From Eledone cirrhosa (taxonomy: Eukaryota), in NCBI GenBank assembly GCA_964016885.1, contig OZ024741.1, positions 364,746,001 to 364,810,000 of the forward strand: a DNA stretch of 64,000 nt, in the 5' to 3' direction. The translations under genes were made by a program, and so were the position numbers. The notes beneath the pieces were generated by a model. That model was not told where the DNA came from and did no database searches. It saw only the letters and a program-made list of their open reading frames with translations. Numbering within the stretch: position 1 is the first letter of the stretch; each line of letters begins with the position of its first letter. Below, in pieces: positions 59,385 through 64,000 of this stretch.

Positions 59385-59515
59385 AGAGCTTCGGAGCGAG
59401 TGGAACGTTGGATAAAATACCTAGGTATTTGTTCTGACTTTTGGCGTTCTGAATTCAAGTTTTACTGAGGTTAACATTGCTTTTAATCCTTTCAAGGTCA
59501 ATAAAAGGTAACAAT
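59385..59515 (+). mobile_element. Degenerate copy of the SINE at 6844
   Basis: TTCTGAATTCAAG..GAGGTTAACATTGCTTTTAATCCTTTCAAGGTCAATAAAA parallels 6915-6975. Confidence 0.55.
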
Positions 59516-59585
59516 ATATGTGTGGTTGATTGACAGAGGAAAAGTTGGCAAATATTCTGTCCTGTTCTGTGCGTCCTGAGTTTAA

Positions 59586-59795
59586 CCCTTTAGGATTTAA
59601 ACCGGCCGTATCCGGCCAGAATTCTCTCACCTTTTTCTGTTCAAACCAGCCACAGTCGTCCACTCATACCAATGTTAAGGTATTGTTCGCAACATGAATA
59701 ATATCAAACTCTCATAGGTTCGATATTATATGAGATAATTAGGTGAGGTAAAGCCTTTACCGTGAAAATACAAGAGTAATGTGAATGCTAAAGGG
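59586..59795. mobile_element. TTAA-specific (piggyBac-type) MITE
   Basis: TTAA-CCCTTTAG ... CTAAAGGG-TTAA. Confidence 0.65.
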
Positions 59796-60780
59796 TTAAA
59801 TCTCACCCCATTTTGCCAAGAGATGCGACCGGTAGATAGTGTCAGATAGTGTCTGCAATGGAAACACCAATGAAAATATTTTTCCTTAGTTTGATCTGAT
59901 CATCGGTCTCTTTCTTTTCCTTTACATATATATCGGCTTCAGTTCTTTTATATACTCAGAATCAAAGAAGCATCGTACAAATCTAACAGTTCTACATACG
60001 ATATTTGTTCCGATAAACTTAATATAGTATCAAAAGCTCGACACATTCGATGTTACTTCATACTGAATATTGTGAAAATCATTTTACACCTTTGTGTATC
60101 ACTGATTTCCTCATTTCCTCACAAACGAGAAAATGTCTTTAAAAAACCCACACTACAAATTTGTTGTATTTTCGTAAAACAGAAATACAAAATCAATAAC
60201 TTCGAGGAGAACCAAGGCTCAGATTATTTAGAGAATAACGTAATTGTTTTTCCTGTCTTGCATGCCTCTTGTCTAACTAAAAGGTTATCATTTTTTTAAT
60301 GCCATTGTAACTTCAGACAAGTAGAGATGAATAGCTGTTATGAACAGTTAGCTGAGTAAATATCAGTTGCCCTTGGCTATATATGATCTTTATTTCACGA
60401 CAGAACAAAGGTTCTGTTTTATGGGAAATGATATACAGTTCATAGAATATAAAGATTTCTTGAAAAACTCCATCTTAAATACAAATGCTTTACACGTATA
60501 CAACTTGCAGCAATCTGATGCCTCTATGCAATAACATATATTTCGCAGTAGATATATTAACAAATAATCATAAAACAGAAAGAGTGAGAGAGTGGAGAGA
60601 AAGATGAGAATATAACGAGTGAACGAGACAGAAAGGAGAGAAAGGGAGAGAGAGAACGAGAACGAAGTGAAAAATGTAGTGAAAGAGACGGATAGCAAAA
60701 AAGAAGACGATGAGAGTATGATTCATTTATAGTTCTCCTCTACCCCTCTCTGACTATCGTTACACACACATATATATATA

Positions 60781-60880
<100 letters not shown>

Positions 60881-60907
60881 ATATATTATATATATATTAT
60901 ATATATA

Positions 60908-60949
<42 letters not shown>

Positions 60950-60954
<5 letters not shown>

Positions 60955-62387
60955 ATACTTGGGGAGGGTCATATTTGCGTAATATTGCCAGAATTAATAA
61001 CAGAACACACTCACTGTTTGGTTGGTTTTCGCTTCTCGCTGTCTTTTATATCTGCGATCTAACTTACTCGGTCCTCAATGTTGCCATTGACTGACCGACG
61101 GTCAAAAATAATACAGATACAATATAGACACAAACACATATATATAGTTTACATAATTTACATAAATCTTTCGTTGCACATCTGCAACATCGTCAGTGGT
61201 GTTATATTTTTTCCTCCTGTTGTGTTGTATGTCTACGCCATTTTTTTTATTCAGTCTGTCTATATATTTATTTATTTATTTGCTTGTTTGTTTATTTTAT
61301 TTTATTTTGTCTTATTTAAAAATAAAGGTGGTAGAAAAGCCAGGAACCACCATAAAATCTCTGATCAGCAAAACCTACCCTTTTAAGAAAACCCACTGTA
61401 CCAATAGGAAATGTATCATATGTAAGGTGAACCCCCGGATAAACTGTAAAACTAGAAACGTAGTCTATAGCATAAGATGTACGGAGGGTACTTGCAGAAA
61501 CATGACAACAACATACATAGGTGAGACAGCTCGTAGCATAGGTGAAAGGATAGACCAACACTGGGGGGAACTAAAAGGACGAAAAAACGGGTCAGTACTA
61601 TACGAACATGCTAGACAACAACATGACGGTAACATAGACAACATAGAAATTAGAATAATATCTAAACATAGGAATGACCCAGCAGATAGGCAAATCAGAG
61701 AGGCCAGTGAAATAGAAATTAGAAGACCAAAGCTAAACAGAAAGAATGAGTGGAACAACAACAACACCCAAACAAACAACACTGACCTAAGAGAAGTATA
61801 AATAAGTAAATAAATAAAATAAAATAAAATAAAATAAAATAAGATAAATAAATACATACACAAGCACAATAACAACAAGCACATAAACACACACTAGTCA
61901 CCCAGCAGACACAACACTATACACACTAGTCACACAGCACACATAACACTATACACACACGCAAACGCATGCGCAAAGAAGACAAAATAAAATAAAATAA
62001 AATAAACAAACAAGCAAATAAATAAATAAATATATAGACAGACTGAATAAAAAAATGGCGTAGACATACAACACAACAGGAGGAAAAAATATAACACCAC
62101 TGACGATGTTGCAGATGTGCAACGAAAGATTTATGTAAATTATGTAAACTATATATATGTGTTTGTGTCTATATTGTATCTGTATTATTTTTGACCGTCG
62201 GTCAGTCAATGGCAACATTGAGGACCGAGTAAGTTAGATCGCAGATATAAAAGACAGCGAGAAGCGAAAACCAACCAAACAGTGAGTGTGTTCTGTTATT
62301 AATTCTGGCAATATTACGCAAATATGACCCTCCCCAAGTATAACAATATCTGTTTCGACACACGATTTCATATAAAAAACCTCGCTA

Positions 62388-62390
<3 letters not shown>
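60950..62390 (+). mobile_element. PLE 3' fragment (GIY-YIG) with inverted 3'-end copy and tail
   Basis: 61316-61801: CTNRKCIIC..NVVYSIRC..YIGETARSIGERIDQH..IREA..LN. 60950-61315 is inverted relative to about 61975-62348. HHR-like CTGACGA tGTTGCAgatgTGCAAC GAAA at 62098-62135 (+) and 61161-61198 (-). Confidence 0.88.
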
Positions 62391-62425
<35 letters not shown>

Positions 62426-62478
62426 TAATAAAAACAATGAATAAAAACAAAGAACAAGTTCCTTATATTAAAAACATC

Positions 62479-62600
62479 ATCATTTTACGATCGTTTCTAG
62501 GATATATATGTGTGTTGGTATGTATGTCATATAGATCTATGTAAAAATATCAGAGGAAATATACATACCTTCACATATATATGCTGTCTTCAGAAATGAT
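62479..62600 (-). ncRNA. Type I HHR with extended stem II
   Basis: ATCATTT CTGAAGA cAGcATATATATGTG...CACATATATATcCTa GAAA CGATCG TA AAATGAT. Confidence 0.8.
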
Positions 62601-62994
62601 GAGATTTGTTTATTGAAAAAAACCAACAAAGATTTAATATAATAGGTCTGTTTGGGAACAGGTTTTGAATTGACCAATAGAAAAGTAGTAAGAGGTCAAG
62701 TTGATAGAATAGTAGCAGTAGAAATTTAATTTAGGGGTAGAGGAAATTTAATTTAGGGGCAGACTTATGTTTTGAATGGAAAGAGGCCAAGCCGGTGAAG
62801 GGTACACGAAAATTTGATGTTATTAAGGAATAATGTTAAAAACGAAGGAGAGTAAAATTTTAGAGTAAGGGTATTAGTGAGAAATACCAATCTTATTTAA
62901 ACCATTTTTGAATGCATCTTCTCTTTTTATGATATTTGGATTACATTGAGTTCTTCATACGGATTGGACACTACCGTATATTTTGGTAAATTTA

Positions 62995-63045
<51 letters not shown>

Positions 63046-63062
63046 GTGTGTGTATATATATA

Positions 63063-63095
<33 letters not shown>

Positions 63096-63132
63096 TTATG
63101 TATATATATGTGTGTGTATATATATATATATA

Positions 63133-63197
<65 letters not shown>

Positions 63198-63315
63198 GAT
63201 ATTAAACAAATGGAAACTATATTTATAAAACCATATTTATTTCATTATATATATTTCAGGGATACCATATATTTTTCTCCAATACTGTTGAGCGCTTTAT
63301 ATTATAACTGAAAAA

Positions 63316-64000
63316 ATGGAATTCTTTAAGATCTCTTCTTCTCTAAAAGACATACCTCTACCTAGAAACAAGGACTTTATTAAACAACTAATAGATAAAT
63401 CAGACTCTTTTATAAGGAGAATCAGGTGGCGTGCATTACACTTTGATAAATCTAATATAAATGAAAATGTCTCAGACTTAGACAAAGTTTTCAAATCTAA
63501 AAAAAATCCACCCCCTAACAAACTTTTAATTGATTTTGAAAACGATATAGTTTCTATCATACAAGGAGTCAAATTCAAGAGAAACTTCAAAGGCCAGGAA
63601 TATCTGAAAAGCATTAAGGATAATATTGTGAGCTTAGAGAGAACAGAGAAGATCTTGGTGAAATCGGACAAAACCAACAACCTCTATGGAGTGGAAAAGG
63701 ACATATATAATGGCCTCATACTGAAAGAACTAAGGAAAAAGTACAAGGTAGCAGATAAGGCTGAACTTGAGAAAATGAATGTTGAGGCATCTTGTATAAT
63801 GCATGAGTTGGAAATTGAGAACAAAACACAACCTTTCGTGCCCAGGAAACCCAAGATCAATATGAAAGATCACAAAAGGAATTTTGAAAATGACTTGCCA
63901 GTCAGATTGATTGCACCATCAAAATCTGACCTGGGTAAGCTTAGCAAAAACATTCTAGACAGGGTGATACAGCAAATTAAAAACTTGAACTGTTTACCTA
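63316..64000 (+). CDS. Uninterrupted N-terminus of a Naiad-type PLE RT ORF, running off the window (absent from the ORF track)
   Basis: Manual translation, no stop: MEFFKISSSLKDIPLP..DSFIRRIRWRALHF..DFENDI..KSDKTNNLY..KDHKRNFEND.PVRLIAPSKSDLGKLSKNILDR. Confidence 0.85.
   Translation, partial: MEFFKISSSLKDIPLPRNKDFIKQLIDKSDSFIRRIRWRALHFDKSNINENVSDLDKVFKSKKNPPPNKLLIDFENDIVSIIQGVKFKRNFKGQEYLKSIKDNIVSLERTEKILVKSDKTNNLYGVEKDIYNGLILKELRKKYKVADKAELEKMNVEASCIMHELEIENKTQPFVPRKPKINMKDHKRNFENDLPVRLIAPSKSDLGKLSKNILDRVIQQIKNLNCLP

Overview
Gene-free, AT-rich, repeat-saturated animal genomic DNA. The SINE types and the (TA)n/(TATG)n load suggest an octopus-like cephalopod (inference). I could not support any host protein-coding exon; most ORFs in the track are translated microsatellites. 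The window is a nest of retroelements sorted by microsatellite. (TA)n tracts hold Penelope-like elements (PLEs; Naiad- and Neptune-type RT/GIY-YIG) and many short non-coding derivatives with inverted 3'-end copies. (TATG)n tracts hold RTE and R4/Dong-type LINEs, and a (TATC)n tract holds a Tx1/L1 fragment. CRE fragments, SINEs, an LTR with a tRNA-Trp PBS, a mariner remnant and a TTAA MITE are also present. Reading by eye gives about 40 hammerhead-ribozyme (HHR) motifs from well over a dozen unrelated families. Highlights: (1) a non-circularly permuted, pseudoknotted HHR in three unrelated families, with covarying stems and a shared TTAA(T)GCG linker; (2) a 7 x 457-bp retrozyme-like array; (3) a 516/567-bp PLE-architecture family with no canonical HHR, whose termini map next to a conserved ACTGCTC..GAGCTG hairpin motif; (4) U3-A8 compensatory HHR cores. 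All structures were folded by hand and none is tested.
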